Of a stretch of 64,000 nt of DNA, positions 14,726 to 28,204 are shown piece after piece. A program made the position numbers and the translations under genes. Source of the stretch: the human T2T-CHM13v2.0 reference genome, Homo sapiens; the NCBI RefSeq assembly GCF_009914755.1, contig NC_060935.1; one strand, written 5' to 3'. Within the stretch, counting starts at the first letter, position 1, and every line of letters begins with the position of its first letter. The notes beneath the pieces were generated by a model that was not told where the DNA came from, made no database searches, and saw only the letters and a program-made list of their open reading frames with translations.

Positions 14726-15836
14726 GTAAGTACCTAGAAAATCAGTATTTTCATTTTATATTTACATTGCAATAACAGATGTTAGCATGATTTTGTTGCA
14801 AACTCTCTATATCCACCCCTGCTAAGACAAACATAATTAAAATAATTTATGGAATTGTAGTATGCCTAAGCAGTTTTTGAGTTAGAGACACAGCAAATTT
14901 TTTCTATGCCCAAAGATGGCCTCTATGATCTTTAAGTAGTTCTGATATTTACCAGGACCCATTTGCCTCCAAACAGAGAATTAAATAATTTTGAATTTAG
15001 AAGCTGCCCTTGAGAATATTGAATCTGGCACTTTTATTGTCAAGGTGAGAATTTTCTACCTTAGGGAATGTGAGGATTTACACAGAGTCACACAGGAAAT
15101 GGATGCCAAAAGTAGGATACTGTGCCAGGTTTTCTAACTACAGGCCCAGTGATGTTTTCCCTAAATTTCTTACTAAAACAAAAGCCAAAAAAATATGACT
15201 CTACAAAAACAAACAGAGGTTGGGACTGATTGTCCTCACCATGAACAAGGCTTATATTTACCTCTTTGTATCTGCTCCTAGCAGCCATTTTCTGTCTCTA
15301 CATTCTACCCATCTAGGGATTGGTGATCCATAAATTTTTGCCTCCAATAGACATGGAAACAGCCTTACTTTAGCATTCTAACAGTCTGACTGTGTTTCGT
15401 GTTATTCCAGTTTCATCTTCAATAAAATTGCCATTTAGAATAAAGAAATACTAGTCATGAGTGGTCATAAATGGAAGAGATCATATAAACCATGTATTTC
15501 AATACTCAAATTTACAGATGACAGACTAGAACCCAGAGAAATACTCCATCCAAAGACAGAAAATCAGTAGAAGAGTCTACATTATAATTCAAGATTTTAG
15601 GGTCTCAGATCTTTTCATTTTATACATCTGTGCTGTCATATTCAGTCAGCAAGAGTTCACTAGGCAGTTATTCACATGGCATTTGTAGTTATAAAATAAG
15701 AGATAAGACATCAGCATGACAAGATTTTATAAAAAATATAAAGTCGAATTAATATGTCTCATATAGTACTATATGATTTTTTGAGTTTCTATAAAATGTA
15801 AATGATGAATACATACAAAAAATTATATAGCAACTA

Positions 15837-15907
15837 TGTTATATAAACTCTAAACTATAAATTATAAACTATAACTTTGTTGTATAAACTATAAACTATA
15901 AATTATA
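15837..15907. repeat. AT-rich tandem duplication (40 bp period)
   Basis: tgtt(a/g)tataaact(c/a)taaactataaattata twice. Confidence 0.75.
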
Positions 15908-16456
15908 CATTGTATATTACACATTAAAATCAGCAAAATTGAAGATAGGACAATGGAAATTATTGAGTCTGAGGAACAAAAAGTAAAAAGGTAGGAGAAG
16001 AGTAAAAAGATAAGGGACCTATCTGTAGGACAATATCAAGTAGGATAACCTATGTACTGTGGCAGTCCCAGAAGAATAAGAGAAAGGATGACAGAGAATA
16101 TGTGAAGAACAAATGGCTGAAAACTTCACACATTTGATGAAAGACATGAATATAAATATCTAAGAAGCTCAATGAACTCCAATTAAATGGAACTCAAAAA
16201 ACTCACACCAAGATACATTAAAATCAAACTTTTTAAAGACAAACACAAAGAGAAAATCTTGAAAACAATCAGAAATAAGTGGCTCATCACATGCAAGGGG
16301 TCCTCAAAAATAATATGAACAGATTTTTCCTCCAGAAATATTCGAGGCCAGGAGCTGGGGAAAATATACATTCAAAGCAGTCAAAGAAAAAAAAACCGAT
16401 CTGTCAAATGAGAATTCCATATCTGGCAAAAATGTCCTTTGAAAGTTCGGGAGATA

Positions 16457-19400
16457 CACTGCAAGCTTTCCTCGGGACTGCAGCCACCCTCCACATCATT
16501 TTGCCAGTGCACATGTATGCAGGTAGATTTTTGCATTCCCTGTCCTGCTAGCACATGTGTGCATGTGCACTCTGCCATGCCTCTGCTGCTGGTGGAATGC
16601 ACTCCACCCCACTTCCCCTACCCTACTGCCATTGCAGTTGGAGCCTTTGTGAACACAGAGCCTGCCAGCCTCACCCCCACCAATGCTGTGCTCCTGCAAC
16701 AACACTGCCATTAGAGTGAAACTAGTATGGATGACGGTGGAACCACCCCTGCCTGCTCTGAGCAGCCACAGAGAGTGCACACAGACTTGTGCCCACCAGT
16801 GTCTCACCCCCATCAATGTCCCACCCCCCTGCTAACACCACCACCAGTGGAACCACAAACACAGTCACCAATAAGGGATGTCCTCCTCCAGTTACGCTGT
16901 CTCCCCCGCTGCTACGAATGCAATACAGAGGCAGGAACCTTGGCACCCACTAGCACCCTGCTGCAGTCAATGAGTGTGAACCCCACCATGCTACCTCTGC
17001 CACTGGCACATGTGAACAAGAATGGATCCTGCTGCCATAGCCCTACAAAATGCTTTGGCACCTCCCATTGATGTTTAGGGACCAGTGGTCCAAGAGCACC
17101 ATGGCTTCCCCAACCGCCCACCGATTGTAGTTGGTTTCTAACCTTGAGGAGCCAGAGAGGAAAGTCAGACTCGCAAGTCCCCTAGAGTTTGAGGGCACAG
17201 TCCAGGAGATGGAAACTGAGCCTTGCCCCACTAAAATCTCCCAGAAATAAAGCCAATCAACTGAACCCACCTTATACCACAATCAAATCCTCAAATAAAA
17301 ATAACAAAAACCAATCCAAAGGACAGAAACTTCAAAGATTGAAGGAACACCAGCCTACAAAGATGAGAAAGAACAAGCACAAGAACTCTAAGTCAGAAAG
17401 GCAGAGTGCCTTCTTTCCTGCAAATCACTGCACTACCTCTCCAGCAAAGTGTTCTCAATCAGGCTGAGATGTCTGAAATTACAGTAGTATTTGAAATTGG
17501 GTAGGAATGAAGATCACTGAGAGGCAGTAGTACACTGAAGCCCAATCCAAGGAAGCTAAGAATCACAGTAAAATGATGCATGAGTTGACAGACAAAATGG
17601 CCAGTATAGAAAAGTATGTAACCAACCCAATAGACGTGGAAGACACACTACAAGAATTTCATAATGCAATTGCAAGTACTATCAAGTAATAAGCAAAATA
17701 GACCATACTGAAGAAAGAACCTCAGAGCTTTAAGACTGGCTTTCTGAAATAAGACAGTCAGAGAAGAATAGAGAAAAAAGAATAAAAAGGAACAAACAAA
17801 ACTTCAGAAAAATATGAGATTATGTAAAGGGACCAAATCTAAGATTCATTGGTGTTCTCGAAAGCGTTGGGGAGAATGGAATCAACTTGGAAAGCATATT
17901 TCAGGATATCATTCATAAGAACTTTTACAACCTAGCCAGAGAGGCAAATGTTTATATTCAGGAAATGCAGAAAACTCCAGTAAGATTCTTCACAAGAAGA
18001 TCATCCCCAAGACACATAATCTCAGAATCTCCAAGGTTAAACTGGAAGAATAAATATTAGTGGCAGCTGGAGAGAAAGCTCAGGTCACTTACAAAGGGAA
18101 ATCCATCATGCTAACAGTAGACCTCTCAGCAGAAACCCTACAAGCCAGAAGAGATTGAAGCCAACATTCTTACAGAAAAGAAATTCGAACCCAGAATTTC
18201 ATATCTGGCCAAACTAAGCTTCATACATGAAGGAGAAATAAGGTTATTTTCACACAAGCAAATACTGAGGGAACCTGTTACCACCAAACCTGCCTTACAA
18301 CTCCCAAAGAAAGAACTAAATATAGAACGGAAACATCATTACCATCCACTACAAAAACACACTGAAGTACACAGACCAGTGACACTATAAAGCAACCAAA
18401 CAAGTCTACATAATAACCAGCTAACATCATGATGACAAGATCAAATCCACACATATCAATACTCATCTTGGATGTAAATGGGCTAAATCTCCCAATTAAA
18501 GACACAGGGTAGCAAGCTAGATTAAGAAGCAAGACCCAATGTACGGTCTCTTCAGGAGACCCATCTCACAGGCAATGACACACAAAGGTTCAAAATTAAG
18601 GGACAGAGAAAAATCTACCAAGCAAACAGAAAACAGAAAAAAAGCAGGCATTGCAATCCTAATTTCAGACAAAACAGAATTTAAACCAACAAACATCAAA
18701 AAGAACAAAGAAGGGAATTACATAATGGTAAAGGGTTCAATTCAACAAGAAGAGCTAACTATCCTAAATATATATGTACTAAATACAAGAGCACCCTGAT
18801 TCATAAAGCAAGTTCTTAGGGACCTACAAAGGGACTTAGATTCCCACACAATAATAGTGGGAGATTTCAACACCTCACTGACAGTATTAGACAGCTCACT
18901 GAGGCAGAAAATTAACAAAGATATCCAGGATCTAAAATCAGCACTGAATTAAATAGACCTGACAGACATCTACAGAACTCTCCACCCCAAAACAAAGGAA
19001 TATATATTCTTTGATTGCCACATGGTACATATTTTAAAACTGACCACATAATCAGACATAAAACACCCCTCAGAAAATGCAAAAGAACTGAAATTATAAC
19101 AACTACTCTCTCAGACCACAACAAAATCAAATTAGAAATCAAGACTAAGAAATGCACTCAAAACCATACAATTACATGGAAATTGAATAATGTGCTCCTG
19201 AATGACTTTGGGGTAAATAATGAAATTAAGGCAGAAATCAAGAAGTTCTTTGAAACTAATGGGAACAAAGATGCAACATACCAGAATTTCTGAGACAAAC
19301 TAAGGCAATGTTAAGGAAATTTATAGCACTAAATACCCACATCAAAAAGTTAGAAAGATTTCAATTTAATAACCTAACATCAAAACTAAAATAACTAGAG

Positions 19401-22400
19401 AATCAACAGCAAACCAATCCCAAAGCTAGCAGAAGAAAAGAAATAACTAAAATCAGAGCTGAACTGAAGGAAATTAAGAAACAAACAAACATTCAAAAGA
19501 TCAATGAATTGGGGAGTTGGTTTTTTCAGAAATATTATAAAATAGACTGCTAGCTAGACTAATAAAGAAGAGAGAAGATCTAAATAAATAAAATTAGAAA
19601 TGACAAAGGTGATTTTACCACGGACCCCATAGAAATACAAGTAACCACCAGAAAATATTGTGAATGCCTCTATGCACACAAACTAGAAAATCTAGAGGAA
19701 ATGGGTAAATTCTTGGATACATGTACTCTGCTAAGACTGAACCGGGAATAAATTGACTCCCTGAACAGACCAATAACAAGCTCTGAAATTGAATCAGTTA
19801 TAAATAGCCTACCAACCAAAACAATTCTCAGTGCCATATGGATTCACAGCCAAATTCTACTAGATGTACAAAAAAGAGCTGGTATCATTTCTGCTGAAAC
19901 TATTTCAAAAAATTGAGGAGGGAATCCTGCCTAACTCATTCTACAAAGCCAACATCATCTTGATACCAAAATCTCACAGAGATACAACAAAAAAAAGAAA
20001 ACTTCAGGCCAATACCCTTCATGAACATTGATGCAAAAATCCTCAACAAAATACTAGCAAACCAAATCCAGCAGCTCATCAAAAAGCTTATCCGTCATGA
20101 TCAAGTAGGCGTTATCTCTGGGCTGCAAGGTTGGTTCAAGGGATGCAAATCAATAAACATGATGAGCCACATAAACAGAACTAAAGCCAAAAACCACATG
20201 ATTATTTCAATAGATGCAGAAAAGTCTCAAAAAATGCAATACTGCTTCATGTTAAAAAACCCTTAATAAACTAGTTATTGAAGGAACATAAAACAATAAG
20301 AGTCATCTATGACAAACCCACAGCCAACACCATACTGACTGGGTAAAAGCTGGAAGCATTTGCTTTGAAAATCAGCACAAGATGAGGATGCCCTCTCTCA
20401 CCACTCCTATTCACCATAGTATTCGAAGTCCTGGCCAGAGAAATCGGGCAACAGACAGAAATAAAGGGCATCCAAGTAGGAAGAGAGGAAGTCAAACTAT
20501 CCCTGTGTACAGATTATATGATTCTATACCTAGAAAACCCCATAGTCTTGGCCCAACAGCTCCTTAAGCTGATAAACAACTTCATCAAAATTTTAGGCTA
20601 CAAAACCAACATTAAAATGTTCACTAGTATTCCTAAACACCAACAACCATCAAACCAAGAGCCAAATCAGAAAGACATTCCCATTCACAACTTCTCCCTT
20701 AAAAATAAAATAACTAGGAATACAGCTAACCAGGAATGTGAAAGATCTCTACAAGGAGAATTACAAAACACTGCTCAAAGAAATCAGAGATGACACAAAC
20801 AAATGAAAAATCATTCCATGTTGATGAATAAGAAGAATCAACATCATTAAAATGACCAGACTGTCCAAAGTAATTTATAGATTCAATGCTATTCCTATCA
20901 AACTATCAATGATACTCTTCACAGAACTAGAAAAAACTATTTTAACATTCATCTGGAATCAAAAAAAGGTTCCGAATAGCCAAGACAATTCCAAGCAAAA
21001 GGAACAAAGCCAGAGACATCACACTACCTGACTTCCAGCTATACTACAGGACTACAGTAACCAAAAAAGCATGGTACTGGTACACAGACAACAGACACAT
21101 AGATCAACAGAACATAATAGAGGACCCAGAAATAATGCCACACTTACAACCATCTGATCTTTGAGAAAGCTGAAAAAAAGTAATGGAGAAAGGACCCTCT
21201 ATTCAATTAATGGTACTGGGATAGCTGGCTAGCCATATGCAGAAGATTCAAACTGTTCCCCTTTCTCAAGCCATATACAAAAATCAACTCAAGATGGATT
21301 GAATACTTAAATGTAAAACCCCAAAAACCTTGGAATACAACCTAGGTAATACCATTCTGGACATAGGAATGAGCAAAGATTTTATGACAAAGACACCAGA
21401 AGCAATTGCAACAAAATCAAAAACTGAGAAATGAGATCTAATTAAACTTAAGAGCTTCTGCACAGCAAAAGAAACTATCAACAGAGTAAACCAATAACCA
21501 ACAGAATGGGAGAAAATTTTTGCAAACTGTGCATCTGACAAAGGTCTAATATCCAGCATCTATAAGGAACTTAAATCTACAAGTAAAAAGCAAACAACCC
21601 CATTAAAATGTGGACAAAGTACATGAACACTTTTCAAAATAATACATATTTGCAGCCAACAAGCATAAGAAAAAACATTCAGTGTCACTGATCATTAGAG
21701 AAGTGCAAGTCAAAACCACAATGAGATACCATCTCACACCACTCAGAATGACTATTATTAAAAAGTCAAAAAATAAAAGATGCTGGCAAGGTTCCTTAGA
21801 AAAGGGGAAACTTATACACTGTTGATGGGTGTGTAAACTAGTTCAACTATTGTGGAAAGCAGTGTGGTACCTCCTCAAAGAGCTGAAAGCAGAAGTGTCA
21901 TTTGACCAAGCAATTTCATTACTTGGTATATATTCAAATGAATATAAATTGTTCTATCATAAAGACACATGCACATATAAGTTATTCATAATAGTAAAGA
22001 CATGGAGTCAACCTAAATGGCCATCAGTGGTAGGTAGACTGGTAAAGAAAACATAGTACATGTGCACCATGGAGTACTATGCAGTCATAAAAAAGAATGA
22101 GGTCATGTCTTTTGCACGAACATGTAATGGACTGGAGGTCATTATCCTTAGCCAACTAACACAGGAACAGAAAACCAAATACTGCATGTTCTCAATTACA
22201 AGTGGGAGCTAACTGATGAGAACATATGGACACATAGAGGAGAATAACAGACGTGGGAGACTACCAGGGGTTGGAGCGGGAAAGGAGGGAGAGGATCAGG
22301 AAAAATAACTGATGAGTACTTGGTTTAACACCTGGGTGACAAAATAATTTGTACAACAAACCCCCATGACACGAGTTTACCTATATAGCAAACCTGCACA

Positions 22401-22430
22401 TGTACCCCTGAACCTAAAATAAAAGTTTAA
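16457..22430 (+). mobile_element. Near-full-length L1PA13-16-class element nested in L1MB ORF1
   Basis: C-rich repetitive 5'UTR, ORF1 MRKNKHKNS near 17363, ORF2 fragments, 3'UTR gagaggatcaggaaaaataact...aaacccccatgacac; TSD aaagt(tc/ga)gggagata at 16442-16456 and 22431-22445. Confidence 0.93.
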
Positions 22431-25329
22431 AAAGTGAGGGAGATATTAAGACATTCTAAGACAAGTAGAAGCTGGAAGAATTAATTAGCACTAAATCTTT
22501 TATACATGAAATAGGCCTTGAGGGAGTCTTGTAGGGTTAAATTAAGGGACACTAGATAATAACTCAAAGCCATAAGAAGACATAACAATGTCACTGAAGG
22601 TAAATATGTCCACAGTCATAAAAATTACTACCATTGTAACAATGGTTTACAATGCCACTTCTTGTTTTCTACATGACTAAATTACAAAATCAAACACTAA
22701 AATTATTAGTTTAAAGCTAGGATTAACTTTGGTTAGTAAATCCACATTTTATTTTCCTCATAATTTATAAGACAAATGTGTTTAAAGTATTATTAGCATA
22801 TGTTTTGGGCTCACAATGTGTAAAATTGTAATGGTAAAATCAACAGCTCAAAGGCGTGAGGACAGAGTTGTTAAAAGAACAGAATCTCTATATGTTATTA
22901 AAGTTATTAAAGTTAAACAGGTATAAATTCAAATTACAGTGTTAAAAGTATAAGGTGTTAGATGTAATCCCCATGGTAACCACAAATAAGATAGCTATAG
23001 AGTATCTACAAAAATAAAATTTGTCACGATAAAAAATCAGATAAACCCAAAGGAAGTTATTAATGCAGAAAATGAGGGCATATAGAAAAGAAAAAGCAAA
23101 ATGACAGAAATGTCACTCCTTATCATTTATTGCCTTAAATGTAAATAATTTATCCAATTAAAGGACAGAGATTGGCAGAATGAACAAAACAATTGATCCA
23201 AATCTGTGTTGTCTACCAGAGACCCACTGAGATTCAAAGGTACAAATAGACTGAAAGTGAAAGAATGAAAAAAGATACGCCATGCAAATACAAACCAAAA
23301 GACAGAAAATATTATTATATTACTGTTAGAAAAAAGAGACTTTAAATTTGAAAGTGTCACATGAGACAAGAAGGGCATCACATATTGAGAAAATATGTTC
23401 AATACAACAAGAAGATATAAACATCTACATACACAAGAACAGACAATCAAAATATATGAAGCAAAAATGAACAGATTTAAAGAGAGAATAGTCCTATCAT
23501 AACGGTTGCAGACTTCAACACCTCATTCTCAATAATGATTACAACAACAAGACAAAAGATAAGGAAGGAAATAAAGACAACACAATAAACCAACTAGATG
23601 TAACAGACATATACAGAAGAACACTCTACCAAACAACACAACATAGACATTGTTTTTATGTGCATACGGGACATTTTCCAGAATAAAATACACATATTTT
23701 ACCACAAATTAAGTCTCAATAGATTTTTTTATAGATGTCATACAAAGTTATTTTCTCTGACTACAAAAGAGTGAAATTAGAAATCAGTAACAGGTGTAAA
23801 AATGGAAAACTTACAAAATTGTGGGAAATAAATAACCATTCTAAACAATACATGAATCAAAAAAACAAATCACAGGGGAGATTGGAAAATACTTAAAGAT
23901 GAATGAAAGTGAAAACACAATATACCAAAAATTATGGGATGCAGCAAAAGCAGTGCTAAGGAGGAAATTTATAGCTATAAACACTTATATTAAAAAATTA
24001 GAAAAATTCAAATCAGCAACCTAACTTTAAGATACTAGAATAAAAACAAACTAAACCCAAAGATAGAAGAAGGAAGGAAATAATGAAGATTAGAGCACAT
24101 ATAACTTAAATAGAAAAGTAATAGAGACTAGAAAGATTATAGAGAAAATCAATAAAACCAAACTTGGTTTTTTCAAAAGATCAACAAAATTGATAACTTT
24201 TAGGTAGATGGACAAACAAAAGGGGAGAAGACTCAATTACTAAAGTTAGAAATAAAAGTGGAGACATGATGAAAAATTCTAGGGAAATAAAAAGGATTAT
24301 AAAGAGTATTATGAATAATTGTACAGTAACAATTTGATAACCTAGATGAAATGAACAAATTCTTACAAACACACAAAACCTCCAAGACTAAATCATAAAG
24401 AAATAGAATATCTGAATAGACCTGTAAGTAGTAAGGATATTGAGTCTGTAAGCAAAATGTCTCCCAAAAAAGAAAAACCCTGGGAATCAAAAAAATCTCC
24501 CTACAAAGAAAAGCCCTGGGTCTGATAGCTTCATGAGTGAATTCTACCAACTGTTTAAGGAAAAACTAACACCAATACTTCTCAAATTTTCCTAAAATTA
24601 ATATGGAATTTCAAGTGAGCTCAAATAGCCAAGACAATTTGAAAAAAAAAAAAAACAAAGTGGAAGGACTCACACTTTCCAATTTAAAACTTACTACAAA
24701 GCCATAGTAATCATAACAGTGTGGTTTTAGCATCTAGATTAATGGAATAGAACAGAGAGCCTAGAAACAATCCTTCACATATACAGTCAAATGGTTTTTG
24801 AGAAGGGTGTCAAGACCATTCTTGAGAAGGGAAAATGGCAGTCTTCAACAAATGATGCTTGGATAACTGGATATCCACACACAAAATAATAAGGTTGAAC
24901 CCTTACCTAACACCATATGCAAAAATTGACTCAAGTGGATGAAAGACCTAAATATAATTCTTAAATTATACAACTCAAAGAAAAAAAAACTTAATGAAAA
25001 TGCTTCATGGCATTGTATTTGGGAATGATTTGTTGGATATAACATCAAAGGCACAGGCACAACAACAAAAAATAGACAAATTTGACTTCAGGAATATGTT
25101 TTAAAATTGTGTATACAAAGACACTATCAACAGAATAAAAAGGAAACACACAGAATGGGAGAAAATGTTTGCAACTTATATATATAAGGGACTTATATCC
25201 AGAAAATATAGAGAAGTCCTAAAACTCAACAACAAAATCACTCTGATTCAAAAAAAGGCAAAGAACTTGAATAGAGATTTACCCAAAGAAGGTATCTGAA
25301 TGGTCCATACACACATGAAAAGATGCTCA

Positions 25330-27075
25330 TGGATAGGAAGAATCAATATTATTAAAATGGCCATATTGCCCAAAGCAATTAGTAGATTAAAATGTCATTC
25401 CTATCAAACTACCAATGATATTCTTGACATGACTAGATAAAACTATTTTATAATTTCTATGAAGCCACAAAGGAGCTCAAATAGCTAAGGCAATCCTCAG
25501 CAAAAAGTACAAAGCTGGAGGCATCACATTACCTGACTTCAAACTATACTACGGGGCTCCCATAACCAAAATGGCACGGTACTGGTACACAAACAGACAA
25601 ATAGACAAATGGAATGGAATAGAGAGCCCAGAAATAATGTCACACACCTACAACTATCAGATCATTGACAAACCTAGCAAAAAGAAGCAATGGGGAATGA
25701 ACTCTATTCACTTAATGGTACTGGGATAGCTGGCTAGCCATATGCAGAAGATTGAAACTAGAACCCTACTTTACACCACACACAAAAATCAAATCAAAAT
25801 GGATCAAAGACTTCAATGTAAAATCCAAAACTATAAAAATCCTGGAAGATAACCTAGGCAATCGCATTCTGGACATAGGACCAGGCAAAGATTTCATGAC
25901 CAAAGATACCAAAAGCAATTGCAACAGAAACAAAAATTGACAATTCTAGTTAAACTAAATAGCATCTACAGAGCAAAAGGAACTATCAACAGAGTAAACA
26001 GACAACCTACAGAATGGAAGAAAATATTTGCAAACTATGTATCTGACAAAGGTCTAATATCCGGTATCTACAAGGAAGTTAAACAAATTCACAAGCAAAA
26101 ACCAAACAACCCCATTAAAAAATGGGCAAAGGATGTGAACAGATATTTTTCAAAAGACATACATGTGACCAACTAGTATATGAGAATATCCTCAACATCA
26201 CTAATCGTTAGAAAAATGCAAATAAAAAACTCAGTGAGATGCCATCTCACCCCAGTCAGAATGGCTATTTAATTTTTTTCTCTTGTTTGATACAGCTGGA
26301 GTGCAGTGTCATAATCACAGTTCACTTCAACCCCATCTTCAGCCTCCCAGTATGCTGGGATTAGAGACCTGAGCCATTGTTCCTGGCTGAGAATGGCTAT
26401 TATGTAAAATTCAAAAAATAAAAGATGCTGGTGAAGTTGCAGAGAAAAGGGAACACATATACACTACTAGTGGGAGTGTAATTCAGCCATTGTGAAAAGC
26501 GGTGTGTCAATTCCTCAAATAACTAAAACAGAATTGCTATTTGATCCAGAAATCGCATTATTAGGCATATCCTCAAAAGAATGTAAATTTTCTACCATAA
26601 AAACACATGTATGTGTATATTCATTGCAGCACTATTCACAATAGCAAAGACGTGAAATCAACCTCAATGCCCACCAATGGTCGACTGGATAAAGAAAATG
26701 TGGTACATGTACACCATGGAATACTATGCAGCCATACAAAAGAATAAGATAATGTCCTTTGCATCAACATGTGTGAAGCTGGAGGTCATTATCCTAAGCA
26801 AAGTAATACAGGAGCAGAAAACCAAATACTGCATGTTCTCACTTGCAAGTGTGAGCTAAACAACAAGAACACATGGATACTAGGAGGCGAACAACGGACA
26901 TTGGGACCTACTTGAGGGTGGATGGTAGGAGGAGGGAGAGGATCAGAATAAATACCTATTGGATCCTATGCTTATTACCTGAGTGGCAAAATAATCTGTG
27001 CACCAAATCCCTGTAAGACCCAGTTTACCTATATTAACAAACCTGCACATGTACCCCAGAACCTAAAAAAAAATT
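25330..27075 (+). mobile_element. 5'-truncated L1PA15/16-class element nested in L1MB ORF2
   Basis: ORF2 3' part plus 3'UTR (ggacctacttgagggtggat...gagaggatcaga); TSD aaagatgct(c/t)a at 25319-25329 and 27076-27086. Confidence 0.92.
26270..26389 (-). mobile_element. Internally deleted Alu (right-arm 3' part fused to left-arm 5' part)
   Basis: ctggagtgcagtg...cacag joined to agcctcccag-tgctgggatta...gagcca; exact 12 bp TSD agaatggctatt at 26258-26269 and 26390-26401. Confidence 0.88.
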
Positions 27076-27914
27076 AAAGATGCTTAGCATAATTAATCAT
27101 TAGGGACATTCAAATCAAAACTATGAGATACCACCTTACACCCAATAGGATAGCAACACTATAAAAAGAAAAAAGTAATAACAAGTGTTGGTAAGAATGT
27201 AGGGAAATTGGAACCCTCGTATGCTGTTTATAGAAGTATAAAACAGTATAGCTGCTGTGGCAAACAGTATGATGGGTCCTTAAAAAATTAGAAATATAAT
27301 TTCCATATGATCCAGAAATTTCACTTCTGGGTACATACCCAAAACGTTGAAAACAAGGTATCAAAGAGATAATGTTTACACCCATGTTCAAAGTGTATTA
27401 TTTGCCACAGTTAAAATGTGAAAGCAACCCCAGTGCCCACTGATGGATGGACGGATGGATAAGAAAACATAATATATGCATACAATGAAATATTATTCAA
27501 CCTTAAAAAGAAGGAATTTCTTTCATAGCTATAACATGGATGACTTTGAGGAGATAATGTTAAATGAAGTAATCCAATCACAGAAAAGACAAATGATGTA
27601 TAATTCCATTTATATTAGGTACTTTGAGTAGTCAAAATTATAAAGACAGAAAGTAGAATGGTGGTTACCAGACGCTGGTGGGAGGAGAGAATGGATAGTT
27701 ACTGTTTAATAGGTATAGAGGTTCACTTTTACAAGATAAAAAGAGTTATGGGGATAGATGGTGGTAAGGTTTGCACAACATTATGAATTTAATACCAGTG
27801 AACCATACACTTAACAATGTTGAATATGATCCATTTTTGTTATATGTATGAACCACCTATAAAAATTGAAAAAAAAAGAGATAATTTAAAAATAGCCACA
27901 CCTGAAAGGTCATC

Positions 27915-28190
27915 ACACTGGTCCTTATATGAAAGAGACAAGAGAGTGAATGGGGAGAGAGATGGGATGACAGAAGTTGGCATGATGTGAAGAAAAGGCC
28001 ACGTGAAGGGGTGATGAGGAGTTATTGAAGATGGACCAAAGGATACAGACAGCCTCTGGAAGCTGAAAAAGGCAAGAAAAAAGATTTCCCTCTGAAGGCT
28101 CCAGAAGGTGTGTAGCCCAGATGACACCTTCACTTTATACACTGGACCTCCAGAAATGTAACAGAATAAAATTTTGTTGTTTTATGCTTC
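27915..28190 (+). mobile_element. MLT1 (MLT1D-like) MaLR LTR fragment
   Basis: cagcctctggaagctgaaaaaggcaag...ctccagaagg...gacaccttc...cctccagaaatgtaacagaataaaattttgttgtttta. Confidence 0.8.
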
Positions 28191-28204
28191 CCTTCAAACC
28201 TCCA

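Larger units (their letters stand above)
15920..27880 (+). mobile_element. Ancient L1MB (about L1MB3-5) host element split into pieces 15920-16456, 22431-25329 and 27076-27880
   Basis: L1M-type ORF1 (aattgaagataggacaatggaaatt...), long inter-ORF spacer, ORF2 start ~23100, L1MB 3'UTR (gagtagtcaaaattataaagacagaaagtagaatggtggtt...); sequence is continuous across the two insertions. Confidence 0.88.

Noticed and set aside
16457-17100. C-rich degenerate repeats and overlapping ORFs as a novel array
   Set aside because: These are the repetitive 5'UTR of the L1PA13-16-class element, bounded by its TSD.
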